Made by a program: the position numbers and the translations under genes
Shown here: positions 1 to 8,442 of the stretch, one piece after another
Layout of the letters: every line of letters starts with the position of its first letter
Position numbering within the stretch: position 1 is the first letter of the stretch
Notes under the pieces: generated by a model
The model's input: the letters and a program-made list of their open reading frames with translations, nothing else
Databases searched by the model: none
Told to the model about the DNA's origin: nothing
Origin: Armatimonadota bacterium
GTDB lineage: Bacteria > Vulcanimicrobiota > JACPDS01 > JBDRKI01
Direction of reading: 5' to 3'
Assembly (NCBI GenBank): GCA_043814095.1
Contig: JBDRKI010000003.1
Coordinates: forward strand, 1-14,130
DNA length: 14,130 nt

Positions 1-238
1 GTATTTTGTAATACAGAACAGAGTTATTCACAGGGCATATATCTCCGGCTATAAGGCCTTCCGCATGTGTGTTCAGGGTATGGGAAGACGCTTTTTTATC
101 CGATGAAAACATGTTTAAGTAGCTGTTTTTTACGGAATTAATCACAAAAGGATAATATTCGCTTATTAGTTTTTGAAACTCTTCAATGTTTTCTTTAGAC
201 ATTTTTACTTTAATTTTCTGCTGTTTTAAATTTATCAT
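1..238 (-). CDS. Hypothetical protein, N-terminal part only (runs off the left edge)
   Basis: Not in the ORF track. The reverse strand reads ATG at 238 with an upstream SD (AAAGGAGCGGTT-ATG) and stays open for 79 codons to the edge: MINLKQQKIKVKMSKENIEEFQKLISEYYPFVINSVKNSYLNMF... No family recognised. Confidence 0.7.
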   Translation of the reverse strand, partial: MINLKQQKIKVKMSKENIEEFQKLISEYYPFVINSVKNSYLNMFSSDKKASSHTLNTHAEGLIAGDICPVNNSVLYYKI

Positions 239-408
239 AACCGCTCCTTTTTTGTGAATTTTCTAGCGTTTTTAAAATAATCCTGCTTATAAAACAAGTT
301 AATAATAAGAAAAGGGTTTTTGATCTGCATTGTTGAATATTAAGCCATCCCAAATGAAGTTAAGTTTAACAAAATTACTTAACGTACTATTATATTTGGA
401 GAGTAATT

Positions 409-3294
409 ATGAAAGCAGTTGTTATGGCCGGAGGAGAAGGTTCAAGGCTCCGTCCTTTGACTTCCAATCGTCCGAAACCGCTGGTCCCGGTGGCGAATAT
501 TCCCGTTATGGAATATATTATTAATCTGCTCCGGGAAAACGGGATTATAGAGATAGTTGTTACACTGCATTACCTGGCAGATGAAATAATTACTTATTTC
601 GGCGATGGTTCTTCTTTCGGGGTGCAGATCGTTTATTCCATTGAAGATGAACCGCTGGGAACGGCGGGTTCGGTTAAAAAAGTTGAAAAATACTTTGATG
701 ATACTTTTCTGGTAATCAGCGCGGACGCTTTAACCGATATCAAGCTGGAAGAAGTTATTAAATTTCACAGGGAAAAAAAATCTATAGCCACAATCGCTCT
801 TCAGAGAGTGTCTAATCCTGTTGAGTTCGGAATTGTTATCACTTCTGAAGAGGGCAAGATAGAAAAATTTGTGGAAAAGCCGAGCTGGGGAGAAGTTTTT
901 TCGGATACGATTAATACCGGTATTTATATCCTGGAGCCTGAAATATTTGATTATATGGAGAGAAATAAATATTATGATTTCAGCCAGAATGTGTTCCCGA
1001 CAATACTGGAAGATAATAAATGCGTATACGGATGCGTGGTTGACGGATACTGGTGCGATATAGGAAATATACAGCAGTATGTGCGGGCGAACGAGGATAT
1101 GCTTAAAGATAAAATAAAAGCGGAGATTGCGGGTTCAAAACATAAAGAAAAAATCTGGACGGGGGAGGGTACTCAGATTCATCCCTCCGCCAACATTAAA
1201 GGTCCCGCGGTTATCGGCAGTGACTGTGTGATAGGTCCCGATGTATTTATCGGAGAAGATGTTGTTATAGGAAACAACTGTATTATTGAGGAGTCCGCGC
1301 ACCTTGACAGGGTTATCATATGGAATAATGTCTATATAGGCAAAAAAAGCAGGTTAAATAAATGCATAATCTGTCAGGGTAATGTGATTAAGCCTTCCGT
1401 GTCTGTCGGTGAAGGCGCTGTTATAGGGGATAAATGTTTTATCGGGGAAGGATCGGCAATTTCTCCCCAGGTTAAAATCTGGCCGGGTAAGCATGTCGAA
1501 CCCGGAGCCTCGGTCAGCATGAGTATAGTATGGGGTTCAAAATGGCCGGGGACACTCTTCAGTACTAACGGGGTGCAGGGGCTTGCAAATATAGAATTAA
1601 CACCAGAATTCGCTATGAAACTGGGCTCGGCGTTTGCGGCGTATCTGGAAAAAGGCGCGTTGGTTACAACTTCCAGAGACGATCATAAAGCCTCCCGTAT
1701 GTTAAACAGGTCAATTATATGCGGACTTATATCAGTTGGCGTAAATGTCGCGGACCTGCGCGTTATGCCCGCGCCTATATCAAGATATATAGTAGGCAGC
1801 GGTGAGGCAAAAGGCGGGGTACATGTTAAAATATCGTCCGACAACCCCCAGACCTTTATAATCCAGTTTTTTGACGAGACGGGTATAAATGTTGACCGGG
1901 GCAAAGAAAGAAAAATAGAAAACGCGTTTTTCAGGGAGGATTTTCCGCTTACCTCCGTTGATGAGATAGGCAGGATAGATTTTCCCTCGCGCATCGTGGA
2001 CAGGTATATACAGGCCTATATGAAGCTTCTTAATATTGAAAGTATCTCGGAAAAAAAGTTTAAAATCGTTATAGATCATGCATACGGTAATTCATCAACA
2101 ATTCTGCCGCTTCTTCTGGGAAGGCTGGGTTGTGAAACAATAACTTTAAATTCATATCTTGATATTGAAAAAGGCATGGAAGTCCAGGCGGAAAAGGGTA
2201 AATACCTGGGACAGCTTTCAAATATAGTTAAAACTTTAAACGCGGATATGGGCATCTGGATCGGCTGGAATGCCGAAAAAATAGTTCTGGTTGACGAGAA
2301 AGGCACGATAATACAGAACGAAAACCTTCTGGCTCTCATGTCTAAACTGATAATAGAAAGCGCGTCTCCCGAAGTTATCGCCGTGCCCATAAATTCCCCT
2401 TCTATCATAGACAAAATGGCTAAAGAAAAAAATTGTAAAGTAATAAGAACGAAAACCGATGAACGTTCACTTATGAATGTGGCATCCATAGGGAAAGACA
2501 AGATATATTTCGCGGGTGATATTTACGGAGGATTCATATTCCCTAATTTCCATCCTTCCTTTGACGCGATATTTTCATTTGCGAAAATACTGGAGCTTAT
2601 GGCCGGTGTTCCGGACGGTATTTCCGGGATTTATGAAAAAATACCGCACTTTGATCTGGTTTATAAAACCGCGGAATGCGTCCAGCAGTTCAAAGGCAAA
2701 GTCATGCGCCAGCTTGTTGAAATCAGTAAAAATAAAGATATAGAACTTCTGGAAGGAATAAAAATCTATTTCCCGGACGGCTGGATCAATATTATACCCG
2801 ATCCCGCAGAGCCGGTGCTTCATTTATACGCCGAAGGCGCAACTTCCGAGCTGGCCCAGAGTTATATAGAAGAGTACGAAAATAAGATACATGATATTAA
2901 GGGCAGCTCCGGTATAACTTCCCACAAAATAAAAGAAAGATTTATCCCCGCTTCCACAACAGAGGTGAAAATACCTGAGAATGTAACAGATAAAATGTAC
3001 GCGTTAAATCTTCCGCTTGAGAAGGCTTTCTATTTTTGCTTAAACAGCGGATACCTGGGAATAAAAGCAAGGAATATGGATGAGTTTTTCAATGTGCTGA
3101 AATACATTGATATAGAGTCAATTGAATACCATCTCCATAAAAAGGATTTTGAAAAATGGTTCCAGTATGAATTAACATTAAAAGATATTGCCAAAGCTTT
3201 TGAAAAAGCAAGAATAAAAAATCTGCACGGCGAGGAATTAAGGGAAGAAATTTTAAGAATATTTTACGCTTATAAGGAGGAGATCATAAAATGA
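409..3294 (+). CDS. Sugar-1-phosphate nucleotidyltransferase (mannose-1-phosphate guanylyltransferase-like) fused to a phosphohexomutase-like domain and a C-terminal DUF5752-like domain, 961 aa
   Basis: N-terminal NTP-transferase signature [25 protein letters not shown], plus EPLGTAG, EKP and YWCDIG. Left-handed beta-helix hexapeptide repeats (IG.D..IG...IG..V.IG). A PGM/PMM-like four-domain region starts at LFSTNGVQG, followed by an extra ~100 aa C-terminal domain. SD GGAGAG at 398-403. Sugar specificity is inferred from the family only. Confidence 0.9.
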   Translation: MKAVVMAGGEGSRLRPLTSNRPKPLVPVANIPVMEYIINLLRENGIIEIVVTLHYLADEIITYFGDGSSFGVQIVYSIEDEPLGTAGSVKKVEKYFDDTFLVISADALTDIKLEEVIKFHREKKSIATIALQRVSNPVEFGIVITSEEGKIEKFVEKPSWGEVFSDTINTGIYILEPEIFDYMERNKYYDFSQNVFPTILEDNKCVYGCVVDGYWCDIGNIQQYVRANEDMLKDKIKAEIAGSKHKEKIWTGEGTQIHPSANIKGPAVIGSDCVIGPDVFIGEDVVIGNNCIIEESAHLDRVIIWNNVYIGKKSRLNKCIICQGNVIKPSVSVGEGAVIGDKCFIGEGSAISPQVKIWPGKHVEPGASVSMSIVWGSKWPGTLFSTNGVQGLANIELTPEFAMKLGSAFAAYLEKGALVTTSRDDHKASRMLNRSIICGLISVGVNVADLRVMPAPISRYIVGSGEAKGGVHVKISSDNPQTFIIQFFDETGINVDRGKERKIENAFFREDFPLTSVDEIGRIDFPSRIVDRYIQAYMKLLNIESISEKKFKIVIDHAYGNSSTILPLLLGRLGCETITLNSYLDIEKGMEVQAEKGKYLGQLSNIVKTLNADMGIWIGWNAEKIVLVDEKGTIIQNENLLALMSKLIIESASPEVIAVPINSPSIIDKMAKEKNCKVIRTKTDERSLMNVASIGKDKIYFAGDIYGGFIFPNFHPSFDAIFSFAKILELMAGVPDGISGIYEKIPHFDLVYKTAECVQQFKGKVMRQLVEISKNKDIELLEGIKIYFPDGWINIIPDPAEPVLHLYAEGATSELAQSYIEEYENKIHDIKGSSGITSHKIKERFIPASTTEVKIPENVTDKMYALNLPLEKAFYFCLNSGYLGIKARNMDEFFNVLKYIDIESIEYHLHKKDFEKWFQYELTLKDIAKAFEKARIKNLHGEELREEILRIFYAYKEEIIK

Positions 3295-4133
3295 TTACCT
3301 GGAAAGAAATAAAAACAAACATTAAAAACAAGCCCAAAGCAAGCGATATAACAATGAATATTTATAAAAAGGTCGCTTCATGCAATACAAACCAGCTTTT
3401 TACCATAAAGCCCACATATTATCTTGGATCTATATATGTGTCCGCGCTGGATTATATAGATTATGTGGACAGCTTGTTGCAGACAAAAGAAAAGGATTTC
3501 AGCAACTTTTTTAAGCTCTTGATGTATTTAAGAGAGAGTTCAAAAACGCTTCTTGCTAATATCGGCCATCTTGAAGATCCTCTTGAGATGCTAATCCAGC
3601 ATATAGAAGAGATTTACGAGGCTGAAGAATATGAAGATGAGGCAGAGCATGAAGAGGTGTATGAAGAGGAAGAAGAAGAAGAGGGACATGAAAATATAGA
3701 TATTGAAGATAACGCTCCGGAGGAAGAAGAGGATTTTGATCCAGGTTCCGGAGAGTGCCATAGAGAAGACTTTGTAAAAGAAAGGGAAGAACTTACAAGA
3801 GATCTGCGCGTTAAGCTGGGCGAAATATGCGAAAATAACGAAATAATCTCGTCTCTGGCCGAAGTTACTTCTTCAATGTATTTAGAGTGCATCCAGTTTG
3901 TAAGGGAAGTTGCAAGATTGTATAACGCTCCGGACGGTGATCTGGCAACCATATTGAGTATTTTGATAGATATGCAGTTCGGGCTGGAAGTTCTGCTTAA
4001 AGGATATATAACGGAAGACATAATAAAAGACGAGGAATATGATTTTAACCTGGGCTTTCTTATCTGGAGCGCCCACTGCCTTAATGAGTTAATGAATAAA
4101 CTCAGCGAAGAAAATTACGCTTTGGTTAGTTAA
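3291..4133 (+). CDS. Hypothetical acidic protein with two duplicated helical modules joined by a Glu/Asp-rich linker, 280 aa
   Basis: ATGA overlap with the upstream stop and an SD-like AAGGAGG in the end of the upstream gene. Long uninterrupted ORF. 28 of 45 residues in aa 106-150 are D/E. No recognised family. Confidence 0.85.
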   Translation: MITWKEIKTNIKNKPKASDITMNIYKKVASCNTNQLFTIKPTYYLGSIYVSALDYIDYVDSLLQTKEKDFSNFFKLLMYLRESSKTLLANIGHLEDPLEMLIQHIEEIYEAEEYEDEAEHEEVYEEEEEEEGHENIDIEDNAPEEEEDFDPGSGECHREDFVKEREELTRDLRVKLGEICENNEIISSLAEVTSSMYLECIQFVREVARLYNAPDGDLATILSILIDMQFGLEVLLKGYITEDIIKDEEYDFNLGFLIWSAHCLNELMNKLSEENYALVS

Positions 4134-4150
4134 TTTTAAAGGAGCTGATT

Positions 4151-4891
4151 ATGACCGCAATTTTAGTGCAGGATTTATGCAAAACCTATAAAGCCAGGGG
4201 GAAGACTATTAAAGCTCTGGATAACTTGAATCTTCAGGTTAATGAAGGCGATATTTTCGGTTTTATAGGGCAGAACGGTGCCGGAAAAACAACAGCCATA
4301 AAAATCTTAACGGGGCTTCTGTTTAAGGACTCAGGCACTGCTGAGGTTTTCGGCCAAGACGCGGGAACGGTTCCCGCCAAAGCAAATATAGGGTTTCTTC
4401 CGGAAGTTAGCTATTATTATAAATTCCTGGAAGCAAGAGAGCTTCTAAAGTTTTACGCATCACTCCAGGGGCTTTACGGCAGGGAGCTCATGGAAAGAGT
4501 GGACCGTGTTCTGGAGCTTGTTAAACTTTCGGAGTTTAAAAACCTCCACCTTAAAGAATTTTCCAAAGGTATGCTGCAGAAATTCGGTATAGCGCAGTCC
4601 ATAGTGGGAGACCCTAAAATATTGATTCTTGACGAACTTACATCGGGTTTGGACCCTATAGCCCAGCATGAAGTTATGGATATATTAAAAAATCTGAAAG
4701 ATACGGGTAAAACAATATTCTTCAGCTCCCACAGGTTAAGCGAAGTGGAAATGATATGCGATAAAGTGGGTATCATTCATAAAGGAGTTATTGTTAAAAC
4801 AGGCCCCATCAAAGAAATCTTCTCTGATAAAGAAACGCTGGAGAAGCAGTTTTTTGATATGATACAGGAATTAAACAGGACAGGCGGGTGA
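4151..4891 (+). CDS. ABC transporter ATP-binding protein (exporter/ABC-2 type), 246 aa
   Basis: Walker A GQNGAGKTT, signature FSKGM, Walker B/D-loop ILILDELTSGLDP, H-loop FFSSH. SD AAGGAG just upstream. Confidence 0.95.
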   Translation: MTAILVQDLCKTYKARGKTIKALDNLNLQVNEGDIFGFIGQNGAGKTTAIKILTGLLFKDSGTAEVFGQDAGTVPAKANIGFLPEVSYYYKFLEARELLKFYASLQGLYGRELMERVDRVLELVKLSEFKNLHLKEFSKGMLQKFGIAQSIVGDPKILILDELTSGLDPIAQHEVMDILKNLKDTGKTIFFSSHRLSEVEMICDKVGIIHKGVIVKTGPIKEIFSDKETLEKQFFDMIQELNRTGG

Positions 4892-4898
4892 TAAAATT

Positions 4899-5702
4899 AT
4901 GAATTTAAGAGATATTTACCTTATATCAATGATTACTTTTAAGGAAATGACCCGTAAGGGATTATTTTACCTTATACTGTTTTTCAGCGGCGGCATAATA
5001 GTATTTTCATATTATATGAATTTCTTTTCACTTGGGTCTCAGGCTCCGATTATTAAAGATTTTTCAATATCAAGCATGACATTTTTCTCAGTTGTTTTAA
5101 CGATTGCTTTAAGCATGACTTTAATACCGGCAGAGATTGAGAATAAAACTATTTATCCTATTTTATCTAAGCCCGTAAGAAGATATGAATATATTCTGGG
5201 CAAATTTTTCGGCGTTATGCTGCTTGTAGCTTTAAATTTAGTGATATTAACAGTTTTATTATCAATAATACTTGGCTTTAAAGAAGGCTCTTTAAATTTT
5301 ATAATCTTTAAAGCCGGACTGCTTATTTTAGCCGAGTGTATGGTTATATGCGCCCTTACAATATTTCTTTCAATGTTTGTCACGCCACCGGTGAATTTCG
5401 CGCTTATGTTCTTTATATTTCTATTCGGCAATCTTTCCCATTCATATGTGGGGTATATAGTAGGCATAATGCTGGCAGGCGCATCAGGAGCCGCTGTCTG
5501 GCTTACCTACATAACGGCTTTTATAATGCAGGCGGTTAAAACGGTTCTGCCGACATTCGCTTTGTTTAACATAAAAGACGCGATAGTGCACGGTTATGCG
5601 GTTTCAAACGCTTATGCCGCGGAGATAATCCTTTATGCCCTTTTATACACTTCATGCGTCATAATGCTTACGTATTTAAAATTTGAAGATAAGGATCTGT
5701 AA
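4899..5702 (+). CDS. ABC-2-type transporter permease, 267 aa
   Basis: About 6 hydrophobic helices. Family motifs ITFKE..R, EIENKTIYPILSKPVRRYEYILGKFFG and C-terminal FEDKDL. Lies 7 nt after the ATPase. Confidence 0.92.
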   Translation: MNLRDIYLISMITFKEMTRKGLFYLILFFSGGIIVFSYYMNFFSLGSQAPIIKDFSISSMTFFSVVLTIALSMTLIPAEIENKTIYPILSKPVRRYEYILGKFFGVMLLVALNLVILTVLLSIILGFKEGSLNFIIFKAGLLILAECMVICALTIFLSMFVTPPVNFALMFFIFLFGNLSHSYVGYIVGIMLAGASGAAVWLTYITAFIMQAVKTVLPTFALFNIKDAIVHGYAVSNAYAAEIILYALLYTSCVIMLTYLKFEDKDL

Positions 5703-5705
5703 TTT

Positions 5706-6008
5706 ATGAAGTTTACAGCTATTATAATCATAATACTTTTAATATCTTCATTTTTCACGGTTATGCCCGTTCGCGCTGATAATCATGAGCATAATCATGA
5801 ACATGAGCACGGCGCAGACGGCTGTCTGGGCGGTGAAGATGAAGCTTTTGAGATGTTTCACTCGGAGTATTATTCAATGCCGTGGCGCAGTCAGAGGACA
5901 CAGGAAGATTTATGGTCATGGATAAAATATCTCCTCCTTATAAATATTCTGATACTCTGGATAGCTATAAGAAAAGTAAACAGGAAGTATTCCGATGCTA
6001 AAAAATAA
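5706..6008 (+). CDS. Small exported, C-terminally membrane-anchored His-rich protein, 100 aa
   Basis: Signal peptide MKFTAIIIIILLISSFFTVMPVRA|D, then DNHEHNHEHEHGADGC, then a hydrophobic helix (WIKYLLLINILILWIAI) followed by basic RKVNRK. Exactly fills the gap between the permease (3 nt gap) and the TPR gene (14 nt overlap). Confidence 0.8.
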   Translation: MKFTAIIIIILLISSFFTVMPVRADNHEHNHEHEHGADGCLGGEDEAFEMFHSEYYSMPWRSQRTQEDLWSWIKYLLLINILILWIAIRKVNRKYSDAKK

Positions 6009-6666
6009 AAAGATAATCATATTTACGATGCTGATATTTTTTGTATTCAGCGTATTGCTGGGGAACCAGTTGAGCCGTTACAGGTATATAAATTATGAGT
6101 CAAAAACATTTAAAACCGAAGACATGACAAGGCGCCTTATTTCCGGAGCGCTGGGGGAATTCAGCAAAACTTTAGCCGCGTATCTCTGGCTTAAATGCGA
6201 TTTTTACTGGCATGAATATAAAGGCAACTGGATGCAGAATAAAGAGATAATACCCCTGATTAAATTAGTTACAATACTTGATCCTAACCAGATCCAGGCT
6301 TATGATTTCGGGGGGTATCAGCTTGCCATGAATTTCGGCGAAGTCCATAAGGGGCTTTCATTTTTAAAAGAAGGGCTGGAATTTAATCCCAGAAACCCTG
6401 ATCTTAATTTTACTTACGCTCTTATCTGTATGAGGAAGCTTAAAAATTATCCTATCGCGGTTGAATACGCGTGGAAAGCTTTTATTTTTTACCCTGAAGA
6501 AGAGAAAGTTAAGAAAATGAATGCATTAAGAATTATGTATAATTCTTATGCCGAGATGGGTGATTATAAGGATGCTATTAAGGTATGTGAGCTGTTTTTA
6601 AGGATAGAGCCGGGTGCTTCATATATTAAGGAAAAAATGGCGGATTACCGCAGTAAAATTAAATAG
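5995..6666 (+). CDS. Membrane-anchored tetratricopeptide-repeat protein (PilG/XapA-like ABC accessory), 223 aa
   Basis: N-terminal basic plus hydrophobic anchor. Segment LAAYLWLKCDFYWH...IPLIKLVTILDPNQIQAYDFGG. TPR-like units (FLKEGLEFNPRN; YAEMGDYKDAIKVCELFLRIEPG). The PilG/XapA resemblance is from recall and gene context. Confidence 0.8.
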   Translation: MLKNKKIIIFTMLIFFVFSVLLGNQLSRYRYINYESKTFKTEDMTRRLISGALGEFSKTLAAYLWLKCDFYWHEYKGNWMQNKEIIPLIKLVTILDPNQIQAYDFGGYQLAMNFGEVHKGLSFLKEGLEFNPRNPDLNFTYALICMRKLKNYPIAVEYAWKAFIFYPEEEKVKKMNALRIMYNSYAEMGDYKDAIKVCELFLRIEPGASYIKEKMADYRSKIK

Positions 6667-6675
6667 GTGGTAAAA

Positions 6676-8409
6676 ATGAGAAAAACTAAAATAGTATGTA
6701 CTATAGGTCCCGCAAGCATGAGTCCTGTTGTGCTTGAAAAAATGATTGAAGCAGGCATGAATGTTGCCCGCGTTAATTTTTCTCACGGCACATACCAGCA
6801 GCACCAGAAGATAATAAATCTCGTAAGGAAGCTGGCTGAAAAGACGCAGAAGCCAATATGTGTAATGGCTGACTTATGCGGCCCGAAGATAAGGATCGGG
6901 GAGCTAAAGACAGATTTTGTAGAGCTTAAAGACGGAGCTAAGTATATTTTAACCACAAAAAAAGTATTGGGCGATGACAAAGAGGCTTCGGTTACATACA
7001 GCGGCCTTATAAAAGACGTGCCTGCCGGCAAGAGAATCCTGATAGATGACGGACTGCTTGAACTTGAAGTTGTAAGCAAGAACAAAACTGACCTTATCTG
7101 TAAAGTTATAAACGGGGGAAAGCTTTACCCTCATAAAGGGGTGAATTTTCCAGGCACAACCCTGAAAGTAAACGCCCTTACGAAAAAGGATGTAAAAGAT
7201 GCCGAATTTGCGGTAAAACATAAAGTTGATTATATAGCCATGTCTTTCGTAAAAGAGCCGAAAGATGTCTTGCAGTTAAAGGATCTCATTCTGAAACAGG
7301 GCTCTAAAATACCCGTTATTACCAAGATAGAGAAACATGAAGCATGCAGGAACATAGAAGAGATTGTTAAGGTAGCGGATGCCGTTATGGTCGCAAGGGG
7401 CGACCTGGGAGTTGAGATACCCATAGAAGAAGTGCCTTTAATGCAGAAAAAGATTATAAAACTATGCAATCATTATTCCAAGCCGGTTATTACCGCCACG
7501 CAGCTGCTTGATTCAATGATAAGAAACCCGCGTCCCACAAGAGCCGAAGTTACCGATATCGCTAACGCTATATTTGACGGCACTGATGCTGTTATGCTTT
7601 CCGGGGAGACGGCTTCGGGTCAGTACCCGGTTGAAGCAGTTAAAGTCATGGCCCGGGTGGCGGAATTAAACGAGAAGGCGTTAAAATACGAAGATATAAT
7701 GCACAAGAGCACGCAGAGCGAGAATGTGACAGAAGCCGTAAGTTTAGCCACATGCGAGATCGCGGAAGAAATACACGCTCATGCCATTGTAACCTTTACG
7801 TCCTCGGGACGTACTGCCAGGCGGATTTCTAAGTATAAGCCGCGCGCCAGGATTATAGCGGTAACGGAAACCAGCCCCGCCCAGAGAAGGTTAAATTTAT
7901 CATGGGGTGTACAGCCTATTATATCACTGCCCACAAAGGATACAGATAAGCTCATCCATAAAGGTCTGGAACAGGCCAAAAAACTCAAGCTTATAAGAGA
8001 TGGCGATACCGCTGTTGTTACCGCCGGTATACCCGCGGGTGTATCGGGCAGTACAAATATGATTAAAGTGGAAGTTGTCGGGCATGTATTTTTAAGGGGA
8101 ACAGGAGTAGGACCCAAAGGGATTGTTAAGGGCAAGGTATGCAAAGCAAACAGCTTTGAGGAAGCCAGAAGAAAACTTGATTTCGGAGATGTACTGATTG
8201 TAAATAAACTTACGGAAAAATATTCAGCCATATTAAAGAAAGCATGCGGGGTTATAACAACCGAGGGTCATGCAGGGGACCATAATAATAAAATTCTGGA
8301 TAAATTCGGTTTAAGCGGCATACTGGGGGTTCCCAACGCGATGGAAGTATTTTCCGATGCTAAAGTGGTTACATTAGATACAAACCGCGGGCTGGTATAT
8401 ACAAATTAA
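6676..8409 (+). CDS. pyk: Pyruvate kinase with C-terminal PEP-utilizer (swivel) domain
   Basis: MRKTKIVCTIGPAS, ARVNFSHG, KIEKHEA, MVARGDLGVE, TATQLLDSM..NPRPTRAEVTD, DAVMLSGETA. About 105 extra aa follow TNMIKV. ATG 6676 is preferred to GTG 6667 because AGGTGG (6665-6670) then acts as SD with a 5 nt spacer. Confidence 0.97.
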   Translation: MRKTKIVCTIGPASMSPVVLEKMIEAGMNVARVNFSHGTYQQHQKIINLVRKLAEKTQKPICVMADLCGPKIRIGELKTDFVELKDGAKYILTTKKVLGDDKEASVTYSGLIKDVPAGKRILIDDGLLELEVVSKNKTDLICKVINGGKLYPHKGVNFPGTTLKVNALTKKDVKDAEFAVKHKVDYIAMSFVKEPKDVLQLKDLILKQGSKIPVITKIEKHEACRNIEEIVKVADAVMVARGDLGVEIPIEEVPLMQKKIIKLCNHYSKPVITATQLLDSMIRNPRPTRAEVTDIANAIFDGTDAVMLSGETASGQYPVEAVKVMARVAELNEKALKYEDIMHKSTQSENVTEAVSLATCEIAEEIHAHAIVTFTSSGRTARRISKYKPRARIIAVTETSPAQRRLNLSWGVQPIISLPTKDTDKLIHKGLEQAKKLKLIRDGDTAVVTAGIPAGVSGSTNMIKVEVVGHVFLRGTGVGPKGIVKGKVCKANSFEEARRKLDFGDVLIVNKLTEKYSAILKKACGVITTEGHAGDHNNKILDKFGLSGILGVPNAMEVFSDAKVVTLDTNRGLVYTN

Positions 8410-8442
8410 ATAATATTATAAGGCAAGTTGTAAAATAAAACT

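Noticed and set aside
330..524. 64 aa + strand ORF overlapping the start of the nucleotidyltransferase
   Set aside because: Out-of-frame shadow of a strongly supported gene, with a TTG start and no motif.
1683..2823. Several antisense and alternate-frame ORFs inside the 961 aa gene
   Set aside because: Shadow ORFs within a well-supported CDS, with no recognisable features.
3606..3740. GAAGAG-like tandem repeats resembling a microsatellite or array
   Set aside because: Explained by Glu codons; there is no repeat-spacer structure, so it is not CRISPR.
3614..4021. Ser-rich 135 aa minus-strand ORF
   Set aside because: The poly-Ser is just the reverse complement of the GAA/GAG acidic tract of the + strand gene.
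6619..8231. Antisense ORFs within pyk
   Set aside because: Shadow frames of a conserved housekeeping gene.
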